Shown: one piece after another, positions 54,773-64,000 of the stretch | How the letters are laid out: each line of letters opens with the position of its first letter | How positions within the stretch are numbered: position 1 is the stretch's first letter | Source: Minisyncoccota bacterium | Lineage (GTDB): Bacteria; Patescibacteriota; Minisyncoccia; Phycocordibacterales; UBA1006 | NCBI GenBank assembly: GCA_028697455.1 | Contig: JAQVEZ010000003.1 | Coordinates: 42,972-106,971, forward strand | DNA length: 64,000 nucleotides | Reading direction: 5' to 3' | The notes under the pieces: model-generated | Database searches by the model: none | What the model saw: only the letters and a program-made list of their open reading frames with translations | Told to the model about the DNA's origin: nothing | Translations under genes and position numbers: made by a program

Positions 54773-55807
54773 TTAAAATCTTTGCTCTGGGCCACGCTCG
54801 GGGTCATCATAAGGAGGAAAACCATAAGGCGTAGGTAGCTCATAAGGAGGATAGTTATTTCTCCTTTTTATTTGGTTTTTCTTTCGTGTAATGAGGTAAA
54901 ACAAGACGACAGCCCCAAAGAGCATGAGAATAACAATAATAAGGAAAAGATAATTTACTCCAATTCCAGTGCTGAGACTTCCTTCGTTTGAGGCTGTCAC
55001 TCCTGGGGTATAAGGAGCGACACGAACAATTTCTCCCTCTTCAGTATCATTGCTTGCGCTCTGTGAAAATTCAGAAACGGAATCATGGGTTCTTCCTTTG
55101 ACGATAGCGTCTTTTTCCTCTTGGCTCATAAGGTCTTGTTGAGCAGCTTTCTTTTTGTTTCGTTCGGCTTTTGTTGGGAGTCTAAATTTTTTGAAAAAAT
55201 CAAAAATATTAAAAGAAAAAATCGGTTTTTTTCCTGAGACGGTTTGTGTTCCTGAAAAAAGAGCGCTTCCTGTTTTGATCGTATCAGAAGGAGTGAGGTC
55301 AACGGATCCATAGCCTGCAGAAAAATCTCCTCCGTTACTTCCTCCTTGGGTTGAACCTTCAGGGGGGATAGCTTCTCCTGTATTAAAATCAACAACACCT
55401 CCAGAATAAGTTTGCCCTTCAAGAGCAAGATACGCCTCTACATAAAAAACAGTATTTTGTGGAAAATTTGTTGCTCCTTGAGTTACGACATGCGTACCGA
55501 GGCTTCCCTTTTTTTGTTCTGAACTATAAGCAAGGGCTGATGGATCAGGACCAAAACGAAACCAGGTGATCACATTTCCAGTATAGGGTTCCACCATTGG
55601 TTCTGCGGTATATTGAGCTCTAAACTCAACGATACCATTATTGACGGTAGGAAATCCTGTTTGGATTGATGAAAGAGCTTCTCCTGTTGGGGTTCCTCCT
55701 TCTCCAGATCCTCCGCCCCAAATCTGAGCAGAAGAAAAAGAAGGGGTCAAAAACCCAACGGTAAGAAGTATAGCTAGTGTTATTGTATTGCGTAAAAATA
55801 ATTTCAT
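54773..55807 (-). CDS. Secreted Gly/Ser-rich surface protein with a C-terminal TM anchor and a Pro/Tyr-rich cytoplasmic tail
   Basis: Signal peptide MKLFLRNTITLAILLTVGFLTPSFSSA, a C-terminal TM LFLIIVILMLFGAVVLFYLI, then KKNQIKRRNNYPPYELPTPYGFPPYDDPE. Confidence 0.5.
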   Translation of the reverse strand: MKLFLRNTITLAILLTVGFLTPSFSSAQIWGGGSGEGGTPTGEALSSIQTGFPTVNNGIVEFRAQYTAEPMVEPYTGNVITWFRFGPDPSALAYSSEQKKGSLGTHVVTQGATNFPQNTVFYVEAYLALEGQTYSGGVVDFNTGEAIPPEGSTQGGSNGGDFSAGYGSVDLTPSDTIKTGSALFSGTQTVSGKKPIFSFNIFDFFKKFRLPTKAERNKKKAAQQDLMSQEEKDAIVKGRTHDSVSEFSQSASNDTEEGEIVRVAPYTPGVTASNEGSLSTGIGVNYLFLIIVILMLFGAVVLFYLITRKKNQIKRRNNYPPYELPTPYGFPPYDDPERGPEQRF

Positions 55808-55812
55808 AAAAA

Positions 55813-56592
55813 TCAAAGTTGATGCTCAGCAATCTGAGTTCTTTTTATTCTCAACGACAGTGCCCCACATCCATAATGTTCTCCAATAGAGTGTACCAAA
55901 GAACGAATGTAGGTTCCCGAAGATACCCCAAATCGTGCTGTAAAGACAGTATAACGGTTATCAGGCCTCTCGTCCAAATATCTTTCCCAGTGTGATTTAA
56001 TTTCTTCTTGTCGAAAATCTCCTTCAATAAAGTCAATGACCGAAAGATATTCTGAGATAAGTTCCCCACGCTTAAGCTCTCTGTGAGAAACAAGCTCAGC
56101 AGAAAAAACTTCACGTGATTCTTTGGGAAAAATAATGCCATCAAGCTGATCTTCACGTGCATATTGCCAGAGAGACTTTCCTTTGATTGTTTTTGATGAG
56201 TATGGTGGATATTCCTGCTCCTGAACCCCTGCAAGAGATCCAACAAAAGAGCTCAAGTCTTTTTTATGAGGAAAGGGTTTTGGGTCTTTTGTCTCTTTGA
56301 GGATTCCAAGAGCATCATAAGTATCAGAAGAAACCCCAAAGAGAAAATCAACTTCATAGGTTTTGGAAAGTTTGTTATAGCGGTCCTTGTGGTGGACATC
56401 TTCATCTGTAAGGAGGATCATCAACCCTTCGGCAAGAGGATCGAGTCGTCCTGCGTAGGTAATCTTTGCATCTTGAAATTCAGGATGGGTAGATCGGAAT
56501 CTCTCAAGGGTTATCAAAAGAGTTTCTCCGTATTTTTTATTCCAATGAATCACTGCCATCGTGCCCATTATACTCATAAAACCAAAAAACAC
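55813..56592 (-). CDS. truB: tRNA pseudouridine(55) synthase TruB-like
   Basis: YAGRLDPLAEGLMILL (GTLDPxAxGxL catalytic-Asp motif) and KTYEVDFLFGVSSDTYDALG (KxYxV…G.xTDTxDxxG). Confidence 0.7.
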   Translation of the reverse strand: MFFGFMSIMGTMAVIHWNKKYGETLLITLERFRSTHPEFQDAKITYAGRLDPLAEGLMILLTDEDVHHKDRYNKLSKTYEVDFLFGVSSDTYDALGILKETKDPKPFPHKKDLSSFVGSLAGVQEQEYPPYSSKTIKGKSLWQYAREDQLDGIIFPKESREVFSAELVSHRELKRGELISEYLSVIDFIEGDFRQEEIKSHWERYLDERPDNRYTVFTARFGVSSGTYIRSLVHSIGEHYGCGALSLRIKRTQIAEHQL

Positions 56593-56622
56593 CTCTCGGT
56601 GTTTTGTGTTCTCTATATAGAT

Positions 56623-57846
56623 TTAGTTCTCTTGCCCCTGCATTGCAGAAAGGAGTTGTTGGTAGAGTCCCAAGAGTTCAGTGTAGATACTGATCAATGG
56701 GTTGTTATTTACAAATCCGTTTTGAGGTCTACAGAAGGTAGTAACTCCGGCAGTACAGAATCGAGTTCCGAAGATGTTTGAGGATGAACCTTTTTGCGGA
56801 GGAAATTCTCCAAGAAGGATTCTGTTATTGTCATCAGATTCAAAAGCTACTGCAACAAATTTATTATCAGCATAAGCAACAGAAATATACCCGTGTTGTG
56901 GGTCGGTATCAACGGTCTCCCAGTTAATCCCATCCTTAGATATAGCAACAGCCTTTCCTGGTTCACTCAAATTATTATCGTAGTCATACGATACCATCAC
57001 AAAGTATCCATTTCCAAAAGCAATATCTTCCCACATTGCCTTGGTGTCAGGAGAAGAATAAGCTGTCCAATTCTTACCATCGCTTGATACAATAATATCT
57101 TGAGCAGCTCCATCATCTTCTGAGATGGCTACGAATTTACCATTTCCATAGGCAACACTGGTCCAAGATCCACCTCCAGCCACTGGTGCTGTAAAGTATT
57201 GCCAGGTTTGTCCTTTGTCTTCGGATACAGCGATGTGTTTTCCATCAGTTGCTGCTTGATTTTTAGACCCAACAACAACGATTTTTCCATCTCCATAAGC
57301 AATACCAGACCAATATTTAGATGCCTCTTCTCCTTTCGCCACCCAGTTTAATCCATCAGTTGAAATGTATATTTGTTTATAAGCACCTTTCCCGCTATAG
57401 CTTCGTGAATAATCAACTGCAACAAAAACATCATCAACAAAAGCGAGGTCTCCTATTTGAATTCCAGAAAAACTCCCCAAAGGAACGCCAGGAACTCCTG
57501 TCCAAGTTTCTCCCCCATCAGTTGATCGATAAAAAACATTACCAGACCAAGCATTTCCAAGAACAAAAGCTCCGTTTCCGTAAGCAATTCCAGTAAACCA
57601 TTGGCTCCCTCCCCAAGTAAATGGGGCTAGTTCCCAATTTTTACCATCTTCTGAGATCATAATACGATTTGTCCCATTTGAAGAAACTGCAACAAATTTC
57701 CCTTCACCATAGGTTACAGCACGCCAAGCATTTTGTGCAGGAGCTTCGATACTTGTCCATTCAATTTCATTTGCATAAGCATCTGTCCCTAAGAATGCAA
57801 GACTTAAAAAAAATATTGATAATAATATAAAATTAATTTTCTTCAT
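56623..57846 (-). CDS. Secreted BNR/Asp-box repeat beta-propeller protein with the conserved two-cysteine C-terminal domain (paralog C), driven by a G10-tract promoter
   Basis: Signal peptide MKKINFILLSIFFLSLAFLGTDAYA. Asp-boxes ISEDGKNWEL, RSTDGGETWTGV, ISTDGLNWVAKG, VSEDKGQTWQYF, VSSDGKNWTAY, ISKDGINWETV. C-terminus SSNIFGTRFCTAGVTTFCRPQNGFVNNNPLISIYTELLGLYQQLLSAMQGQEN. Confidence 0.7.
   Translation of the reverse strand: MKKINFILLSIFFLSLAFLGTDAYANEIEWTSIEAPAQNAWRAVTYGEGKFVAVSSNGTNRIMISEDGKNWELAPFTWGGSQWFTGIAYGNGAFVLGNAWSGNVFYRSTDGGETWTGVPGVPLGSFSGIQIGDLAFVDDVFVAVDYSRSYSGKGAYKQIYISTDGLNWVAKGEEASKYWSGIAYGDGKIVVVGSKNQAATDGKHIAVSEDKGQTWQYFTAPVAGGGSWTSVAYGNGKFVAISEDDGAAQDIIVSSDGKNWTAYSSPDTKAMWEDIAFGNGYFVMVSYDYDNNLSEPGKAVAISKDGINWETVDTDPQHGYISVAYADNKFVAVAFESDDNNRILLGEFPPQKGSSSNIFGTRFCTAGVTTFCRPQNGFVNNNPLISIYTELLGLYQQLLSAMQGQEN
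56637..56790. repeat. Copy 3 of the conserved 3'-end cassette
   Basis: See 11122-11275. Confidence 0.7.
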
Positions 57847-57855
57847 ATATTTTTT

Positions 57856-57886
57856 ATTGTATCATTCTGCCCCCCCCCCGAGTCAA
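57856..57886 (-). promoter_or_regulatory. Duplicated sigma70-type promoter TTGACT-19 bp-TACAAT with a G10 homopolymer in the spacer (C10 on the plus strand, 57870-57879). Candidate phase-variable promoter, apparently at a suboptimal (OFF) spacer length.
   Basis: Read directly. The coding strand is AAAACTTGACTCGGGGGGGGGGCAGAATGATACAATAAAAAATATATG, and the 27-bp core CTGCCCCCCCCC(C)GAGTCAAGTTTTTT is shared with 38628-38652. Confidence 0.6.
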
Positions 57887-57948
57887 GTTTTTTGAGGAAA
57901 AATAAAAACAATCTGTGGATAAATAAAAAACACTTTCATAAGTGTTTT

Positions 57949-58650
57949 TTATTCAAGCCAGTGTTCTTTTTCGAGAGCAGCTTGAGCTGCGTTCTGTTGA
58001 GCTTCTCGTTTACTGTTTCCCTGTCCTTCAGCTATTTTTTTCTCTCCAAAATAAATAGCAATAACAAATTTTTTGTTATGGTCAGGGCCTTCTTCTGAGA
58101 GGGTTTCATAGTGAGGAGTTTCATTATATACCTCTTGGGCTTTTTCTTGGACATAGGATTTTGCATCTCGCCAAAGCCCTTCATCGATAATGGTATCAAT
58201 ATTTTTCAAAAGGTGTGTTTCAATAAAAAGCTTTGCCGCGTCATAACCCACATCAAGATACAAGGCTCCCAAAAAAGATTCAAAAGTATTCGCAAGAATA
58301 TAGTCTCGTGCCTTTCCCTGGTCTTTTGCTTCTCCTTTGGAAAGCATCAAGACGTCATTCATTCCAAGCTTTCGTGCTACCTCAGAAATACTTTCCGTTC
58401 TTACCAGCGCCGAACGATAAGCAGTGAGCTGTCCTTCAGGATCATCAGGATACCGAAGATAGAGAAAGTGCGTCACCACGAGTTCCAACACAGCATCTCC
58501 CAAGAATTCAAGGCGCTCGTTGTGCTCAAGCCCTGTGTCTTTATGTTCGTTGATATAGGAACGGTGAATAAAAGCTTGGCGCAATAATTCTTTATCAGAA
58601 AATTCAAGGTGTATTTTTTTTTCAAAATCTAAATAAGCTTGTAAGTCCAT
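57949..58650 (-). CDS. rnc: Ribonuclease III
   Basis: RNase III signature ERLEFLGDAVLELVVTHFLY plus a C-terminal dsRBD. Confidence 0.93.
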   Translation of the reverse strand: MDLQAYLDFEKKIHLEFSDKELLRQAFIHRSYINEHKDTGLEHNERLEFLGDAVLELVVTHFLYLRYPDDPEGQLTAYRSALVRTESISEVARKLGMNDVLMLSKGEAKDQGKARDYILANTFESFLGALYLDVGYDAAKLFIETHLLKNIDTIIDEGLWRDAKSYVQEKAQEVYNETPHYETLSEEGPDHNKKFVIAIYFGEKKIAEGQGNSKREAQQNAAQAALEKEHWLE

Positions 58651-58655
58651 AAAAT

Positions 58656-59576
58656 CTATTCGTTAAGTCCCTCTTTTGCGGTGATAATTTCAATTGACTG
58701 AATAATCATCTGAGAAACATCTTCATACATACTGAGTTCTGAAATTTCTTCCAAAGGAAACCAGCGCACATCATCAAGTCCTCCAGTTCCTTCTTCGAGC
58801 GTTGGTTGAGTAAAGCCTGCTTTTCCAAGGAAATAAGTGACATTTTTTCTTACAGGACCTCGTTCAGGGTGATAGGCGATATATTCGTTTTCTCCTATTT
58901 TTTGAACGATCTCAATATCCCAATTGGTTTCTTCTTTGACCTCGCGAATGGTTCCTTCTTCGAGCGTTTCTCCCTCATCGATTGTCCCCTTTGCAAGAGT
59001 CCAATATCCAAAAACATCATGCACCATCCCAAGATGGACAGCGCCTTGATCATCAACAGCGTATACTACAGCGGCTCCCTTATTATCAATAGGCATTTCT
59101 TCATAAGGAACGTCAGGAATCTTTTTCTTGGTTTCTTGATCTTTCCCTGGTTCACCCATTTCTTTATAGATAGCACCCATGACACCATTAACGAATTTAT
59201 TACTCTTGGCTCCTCCGAATTTTTTGGCAAGTTCAATAGATTCGTTGAGAGCAACCTTGGGAGGAATAAGTTCATTATCAGCAAAAAGAAGCTCGTAAAT
59301 TCCTAGACGAAGAATATTACGATCAACCACAGTAATTTTATCAATGGTCCAACCGGGTGAAGCTTTTTCGATAAGTTCATCAAGAATCACTCTTCTTGAT
59401 GCAATGGACTCGAGGTTTTCCAAAAGCTCATGGAGTTCCTTTTCATCGATGGTGACTTTTTGAAAAGAATTCACGATATATTCAAGATAATCCTTGAGCG
59501 AAGTATTTGAATAATTATGAACATCCCATTCGTAGAGTGTTTGTAAAAGAATCGTTCGATAGAGTTGTCTATTCAT
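58656..59576 (-). CDS. nusB: NusB-NUDIX fusion protein: a transcription antitermination NusB-like N-domain fused to a NUDIX hydrolase C-domain
   Basis: Residues 1-140 are NusB-like (…DRNILRLGIYELLF…AKKFGGAKSNKFVNGVMGAI…), and 170-300 are NUDIX with the box GTIDEGETLEEGTIREVKEETNW. It is a single uninterrupted ORF. Confidence 0.6.
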   Translation of the reverse strand: MNRQLYRTILLQTLYEWDVHNYSNTSLKDYLEYIVNSFQKVTIDEKELHELLENLESIASRRVILDELIEKASPGWTIDKITVVDRNILRLGIYELLFADNELIPPKVALNESIELAKKFGGAKSNKFVNGVMGAIYKEMGEPGKDQETKKKIPDVPYEEMPIDNKGAAVVYAVDDQGAVHLGMVHDVFGYWTLAKGTIDEGETLEEGTIREVKEETNWDIEIVQKIGENEYIAYHPERGPVRKNVTYFLGKAGFTQPTLEEGTGGLDDVRWFPLEEISELSMYEDVSQMIIQSIEIITAKEGLNE

Positions 59577-59615
59577 AGTTGATAGTATAACACAATGTAA
59601 AAAACAAGTTTATGA

Positions 59616-59822
59616 TTAACTTGTTTTTTTAACTTTCTTGAGCGCTTTTTTTGCAACATCAATAATTTGTTTTCCGCGGTAAGTTCCTGTTTCAAGGCTT
59701 ACTCGGTGTCGCAAATGCTGTGCTCCTGTTTCCTTATCGGTAACAATTGTATTTGCTCGGAGGGCATGATGAGAACGTCGGTTCCCAGTATGCGCTCGAG
59801 TATGTCTCATGTGAATAACCAT
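59616..59822 (-). CDS. rpmF: 50S ribosomal protein L32
   Basis: [54 protein letters not shown] matches bL32 (…RRSHDAL…G..HLRHH…G.YRG…). It is the 3' part of the over-long ORF 59616-60068, and GTATACT lies 12 nt upstream. Confidence 0.8.
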   Translation of the reverse strand: MVIHMRHTRAHTGNRRSHHALRANTIVTDKETGAQHLRHRVSLETGTYRGKQIIDVAKKALKKVKKTS

Positions 59823-59901
59823 AATGTAGACTAGTATACGTATAAATCCTTTTTTGGCAAGAAAAAAGCCCTCCGAAAAGGGCCTATGTAGGTTTGCTCT
59901 T

Positions 59902-60570
59902 TCAATAGCCATAGGACGCGAGCAAATCGTCCTGGCTTGTTTTCTGAGACTTTTCCCGGTTGATGACGAAACCGTCAACAACAGAGATGTGGCTACGTGC
60001 AAAGTTATACTTTGCCGTAGAATCTCCCAGAGGAAGGAGGGCCGTGTCTTCAATGTCGAAATCCACACAATGGAAATCTATTCCCCGTTTAGGGAGAAAT
60101 TCAACATTATCTCCCTCTTTTATAGGGACAAAGTGTCCTTCAAAAGAAGACCAGGTCATAACCTCTTCTATTACATAGAAGTACTGGTCATGCTCGGGGC
60201 TCACCACCTTGTGCTCAAAGAGTTCGAACTTGATAGGGATCAATCCAGTTTCTTCAATTAACTCAACAACCATTTGCAAGGCATATTGCCCTACATTGGT
60301 TGTAGTCAAGCTAAGGAGAATTTCATTCACCTCCTTTTCGTGGAGGTCAATAACTTTCCTTCCAAAAACTTTTGAGAGAGTTTCCCTGATTTTCTCAAGA
60401 ACTGAGTTCTTGGAATCGGGGATATAGAAGTCTCGGCCCCCTTGCTTCTCAGAAGTTCCTCCTGGAAGCTTATACACCTCTCCTTTGTGGTGTTTAACTG
60501 TTAAAAGAAGTTCCTCTCCCTTTGAGCCTGCAAGAATAAATATCCCCGCGGCAAAAAATGTTTTCCTCAT
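59902..60570 (-). CDS. secreted hypothetical protein
   Basis: Signal peptide [18 protein letters not shown], with a downstream terminator GCCCTTTTCGGAGGGC followed by a T-run. Confidence 0.45.
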   Translation of the reverse strand: MRKTFFAAGIFILAGSKGEELLLTVKHHKGEVYKLPGGTSEKQGGRDFYIPDSKNSVLEKIRETLSKVFGRKVIDLHEKEVNEILLSLTTTNVGQYALQMVVELIEETGLIPIKFELFEHKVVSPEHDQYFYVIEEVMTWSSFEGHFVPIKEGDNVEFLPKRGIDFHCVDFDIEDTALLPLGDSTAKYNFARSHISVVDGFVINREKSQKTSQDDLLASYGY

Positions 60571-60647
60571 TTTTTTAAAATTTAAATTTTTTTAGCACAG
60601 ACTATCTGTGCCTTTCAAAATAAAGATAGCACATGGTGCTCTATTTG

Positions 60648-61238
60648 TCAATGTTTTATCCAACTCTGTCTGTGGATTTTTGTTGTTCCGTATTTTTTGA
60701 GAGCTTGTCTGTGTTTCAATGTTCCATAGCCTTTGTTTGTATCAAAAGCATATTCTGGGTATTTTTTTGAATAGTTTGTCATTTTCTTGTCGCGAACCAC
60801 CTTTGCGATAACTGAAGCAATGCTAATTTCAAGCACGGATTCATCTCCTTTGATGATGGTTTCTTGTTGATATTCTTTTGGAGCATACAAAGACCCGTCA
60901 AGAAGGGCTCGTATTCCCTTGTGTGGAGGAAATTGCTTTAATACTCGCACAATACCCAGTTGCAGACATCTAGAAAGTCCTTTGTTATCAATGCTGTGAG
61001 GGCTTATGTGAGCAAGAGCATAAGAAAGATATCCTTTATCAGAAAGTTCCTTAATATGGGCAAAAAACTCTTCCCGTTCTTTTGGGGAGAGTTTTTTGGA
61101 ATCCGTGATCCCGAGAAGCTCTTTGTGTACTTTCTTTTTGTGCTCTTTGGGGATAAAACAAGCGCACAGCGTCAGAGGTCCCGCAAGCGGACCTCTCCCA
61201 ACTTCGTCAATGCCGATAATTCCCTCTTGAGACTTCAT
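60648..61238 (-). CDS. rnhB: Ribonuclease HII
   Basis: GIDEVGRGPLAGPLTLCAC… and the DDSK-type catalytic residues of RNase HII. Confidence 0.9.
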   Translation of the reverse strand: MKSQEGIIGIDEVGRGPLAGPLTLCACFIPKEHKKKVHKELLGITDSKKLSPKEREEFFAHIKELSDKGYLSYALAHISPHSIDNKGLSRCLQLGIVRVLKQFPPHKGIRALLDGSLYAPKEYQQETIIKGDESVLEISIASVIAKVVRDKKMTNYSKKYPEYAFDTNKGYGTLKHRQALKKYGTTKIHRQSWIKH

Positions 61239-61321
61239 AGCTCTATCCTACCAAAAAACAAGGATTTTAGAGAAAAATATATTTAAAAAATATTTTTGTT
61301 ATACTATCCCATATACGAACT

Positions 61322-64000
61322 ATGGCAGAACGATTTGTACATCTTCATACTCACTCTCACTATTCATTACTTCAAGGATTAACCAAGATCCCCGACCTCG
61401 TCAAACGAGCACAAGAATATGGAATGGGAGCCCTTGCACTCACCGATTATGGATCAATGTATGGATCAATAGAGTTCTACAAGGAATGTCTCAAAAACAA
61501 TATCAAACCAATTCTCGGAGTTGACGCCTATATGGCCTTCCGGAGCATGGAGCAAAAAGACCACGGAATCGATAACAAACGTTACCCCTTTACCCTTCTT
61601 GCTTATAATCACGAAGGGTATCAGAATCTCCTCAAGCTTGTTTCGGAATCACATCTTCGCGGTTTTTACTATCGTCCTCGAATGGATAAGGAGCTCCTTA
61701 AAAAATACGCAAAAGGTCTTATTTGTTTGTCAGGACCTATTTTTGGAGAAGTTGGACAAGCAATCCTCACAAAAAACCACGAAAGAGCACGTGAGCTCGT
61801 ACGCGAATATCAAGAAATTTTTGGAAAAGAAAATTACTTTCTTGAGATAATGTTTAACAACCACATCGAAGGGCTTGAAGGTCTTAACAAAGATATTGCA
61901 ACGCTCTCTGAAGAAACAGGGGCTCCTCTTGTTGCAACACACAATTCACACTATCTTGACTCCGATGACCGAAGTGCCTTTGATACCCTTCTTGGAATTT
62001 CAACCACCGGGAATCGAATTGGAACCGGTTTTATGCGTGGAGATTTTCACTTCCCTAACCAAGAAGAAATGATAGAAAAGTTCAAAGATTATCCAGAAGC
62101 TATCGAAAACACCGTCAAAATTGCAGACCGTTGTCAGCTTGAAATTGATCTTGATAGTTGGTTTTTTCCTAATTTTCCAATCCCAGAAGGAAAAAGTTAT
62201 GATGAGGTATTACGAGAGAAAACCTACGAAGGAATTGCCCTTCGCGGTTTTGAAGAAAGCGAAGAAGTCCTCTCGCGAATTGAGTATGAGCTTGGCATTA
62301 TTTCCTCAAAAGGATATTCTTCGTATTTCCTCATTGTGGCTGATCTTGTTCGGGCAGGAAAAGAGATGGGTATTTATACCAATACTCGAGGATCTGCTGC
62401 GGGGAGTCTTGTATCTTATCTCAACTTTATTACCAAGGTTAATCCTCTTGAGATGAGCCTTCCTTTCGAGCGTTTTATGAATCCTGGGAGAAAAGGAATC
62501 CCTGATATTGATCTTGATATTTCGGATATCCACCGTGATCGATTAATTGATTACGCTCGTCAAAAATACGGAAATAAGGCCGTTGCTCAAATTGGAACTT
62601 TTGGAACGATGGCAGCACGAGGATCTGTTCGTGACGTAACACGTGCGCTTGATTACCCCTACGACCTTGGTGACAAAATAGCAAAACTCATTCCTTTGGG
62701 GCACCAAGGTTTCCCTATGACTATTGACCGAGCTCTTGAAGAAGAAGCTGAATTAAAAAAGCTCTATGAATCAGATCATGATGTAAAAAAAATCATCGAC
62801 ATGGCAAAAAAAATAGAAGGTTGTGCGCGTCATATTTCTGTCCATGCTGCAGGAGTAGTTATTTCTCCAACACGAGTGGATGATATTTGTCCTGTGCAAT
62901 TCGATCCGAAAGGGGGGAAAATTATCACTCAATATGATATGTATACCGGGGATCGCGATGGTGTGGTAAACATGCCAAAGTTTGACCTTCTGGGAATCAG
63001 AAACCTTACTATTTTATCCAATGCAACCGAATTGGTAAAAAATATCCACAAAGAAGAAGTTGATCTCAACACGATTCCTTTGGATGATAAAAAAACCTAT
63101 GACCTTCTCTCTGAAGGAAATACCATGGGCGTTTTTCAGATGGCAAGTTCCGGTATGACTCGATATATTACCGAGCTTAAACCTACAAATATTTTTGAAA
63201 TCTCTGCGATGATTGCTCTCTATCGTCCGGGGCCAATGGAATTTATTCCTGACTATATTAAAAGAAAAGAAAACCCAAGCCAAGTTAAATACCTTGACCC
63301 TCGCATGGAAAAGATTCTTTCTTCAACTTATGGGATTTTGGTATACCAAGAGGATGTTATGCAGATCGCTGTAGATATTGCTGGCTTTAGTTGGGGAGAT
63401 GCTGATGTTTTGAGAAAGGCTATCGGAAAAAAAATCCCTAAACTAATGGCAGAACAAAAGGAGAAATTAGTAAATGGATGTATTGCAAACGGAATGAAAG
63501 AGAAGGCAGCTCACGATCTTTGGGATCAGATTGAAACCTTTGCCGCTTATGGGTTCAACAAATCTCACGCAGCAAGTTATGGGCGTATCTCCTATGAAAC
63601 GGCATACATGAAGGCAAACTACCCTGTTGAATACATGGCTGCCATGCTTACTGCAGAATCAGGAGACACTGAACGTATTGCCCAGATTATTCACGAGTGT
63701 GGGCGACTTGAAATCAATGTGCTCCCTCCTGATATCAATGAATGTTTTGGAGATTTTACCGTTGTTGATTATGAAGGAGACGAGGCTATCCGTTTTGGTT
63801 TTTACACTATCAAAAACCTCGGTGCGGGAATCTCAGATTTTATTATCAAAGAAAGGAAACGAGCTGGGAGATTCACTTCTCTTGAGGATTTTCTCAAGCG
63901 AGTACAACACAGCAACCTCAATAAAAAAAGTCTTGAGGCGCTTATCGTAGCAGGAGCTTTCGATTTTTTTGGAAACCGAATGGATCTTTTGTATAACATT
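61322..64000 (+). CDS. dnaE: DNA polymerase III alpha subunit, N-terminal part (PHP and polymerase core). The gene continues beyond the window end.
   Basis: MAERFVHLHTHSHYSLLQGLTKIPDLV…ALTDYGSMYG (PHP domain), then …GIPDIDLDI…, with no stop before 64000. Confidence 0.9.
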   Translation, partial: MAERFVHLHTHSHYSLLQGLTKIPDLVKRAQEYGMGALALTDYGSMYGSIEFYKECLKNNIKPILGVDAYMAFRSMEQKDHGIDNKRYPFTLLAYNHEGYQNLLKLVSESHLRGFYYRPRMDKELLKKYAKGLICLSGPIFGEVGQAILTKNHERARELVREYQEIFGKENYFLEIMFNNHIEGLEGLNKDIATLSEETGAPLVATHNSHYLDSDDRSAFDTLLGISTTGNRIGTGFMRGDFHFPNQEEMIEKFKDYPEAIENTVKIADRCQLEIDLDSWFFPNFPIPEGKSYDEVLREKTYEGIALRGFEESEEVLSRIEYELGIISSKGYSSYFLIVADLVRAGKEMGIYTNTRGSAAGSLVSYLNFITKVNPLEMSLPFERFMNPGRKGIPDIDLDISDIHRDRLIDYARQKYGNKAVAQIGTFGTMAARGSVRDVTRALDYPYDLGDKIAKLIPLGHQGFPMTIDRALEEEAELKKLYESDHDVKKIIDMAKKIEGCARHISVHAAGVVISPTRVDDICPVQFDPKGGKIITQYDMYTGDRDGVVNMPKFDLLGIRNLTILSNATELVKNIHKEEVDLNTIPLDDKKTYDLLSEGNTMGVFQMASSGMTRYITELKPTNIFEISAMIALYRPGPMEFIPDYIKRKENPSQVKYLDPRMEKILSSTYGILVYQEDVMQIAVDIAGFSWGDADVLRKAIGKKIPKLMAEQKEKLVNGCIANGMKEKAAHDLWDQIETFAAYGFNKSHAASYGRISYETAYMKANYPVEYMAAMLTAESGDTERIAQIIHECGRLEINVLPPDINECFGDFTVVDYEGDEAIRFGFYTIKNLGAGISDFIIKERKRAGRFTSLEDFLKRVQHSNLNKKSLEALIVAGAFDFFGNRMDLLYNI

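Noticed and set aside
59822-60068. The N-terminal 80 aa of the ORF caller's 150-aa ORF 59616-60068
   Set aside because: Only the C-terminal 64-68 aa match ribosomal protein bL32, and a TATACT promoter lies just upstream of that internal start. The upstream extension overlaps the terminator of the neighbouring gene and reads as nonsense.
1-64000. CRISPR arrays, rRNA genes, tmRNA/RNase P/SRP RNA
   Set aside because: There are no regularly spaced direct repeats and no rRNA-like conserved blocks. The intergenic regions of 150 bp or more were inspected, and only the SAM-riboswitch-like leader and tRNA-Asn were convincing structured RNAs.

Overview
This window looks like a low-GC, gene-dense chromosome segment from a reduced-genome bacterium, probably Candidate Phyla Radiation or Patescibacteria-like given the truncated alaS, uvrA and metK and the many gene fusions. 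Most genes sit on the minus strand. The core is housekeeping: partial smc, ndk, a VirD4/TraG-like ATPase, rplU, cysS, grpE-dnaK-dnaJ, an infA-rpmJ-rpsM-rpsK-rpsD-rpoA-rplQ-rplM-rpsI cluster, alaS, mnmA, mltG, uvrA, uvrB, rpmA, infC-rpmI-rplT, gyrB, ung, metK behind a SAM-riboswitch-like leader, truB, rnc, a NusB-NUDIX fusion, rpmF, rnhB and the 5' part of dnaE.

Three things stand out. First, a paralogous family of secreted BNR/Asp-box beta-propeller proteins (three large copies plus a short Gly/Asp-rich relative) shares a near-identical ~50-aa C-terminal two-cysteine domain, encoded by a ~150-bp DNA cassette that is ~85-90% identical between copies. Two of these copies are driven by duplicated sigma70-type promoters whose -35/-10 spacer contains a G9 or G10 homopolymer. 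That gives a 17-bp spacer in one copy and a 19-bp spacer in the other, which is the classic arrangement for slipped-strand phase variation. Second, a ~7-kb AT-richer integrated element (47.6-54.7 kb) abuts tRNA-Asn. It carries a large serine recombinase whose 3' end overlaps the tRNA, an Xis-like HTH, a DinD/Bro-N protein, a Rep_trans-like rolling-circle initiator, an N4/N6 DNA methyltransferase overlapping an EndoVII-type HNH nuclease, and a 514-aa orphan protein. Third, promoters are strikingly leaderless: an extended -10 box (TGnTATACT or TATAAT) lies 6-10 nt upstream of the ATG at about 20 genes.

No CRISPR array or rRNA gene is present.
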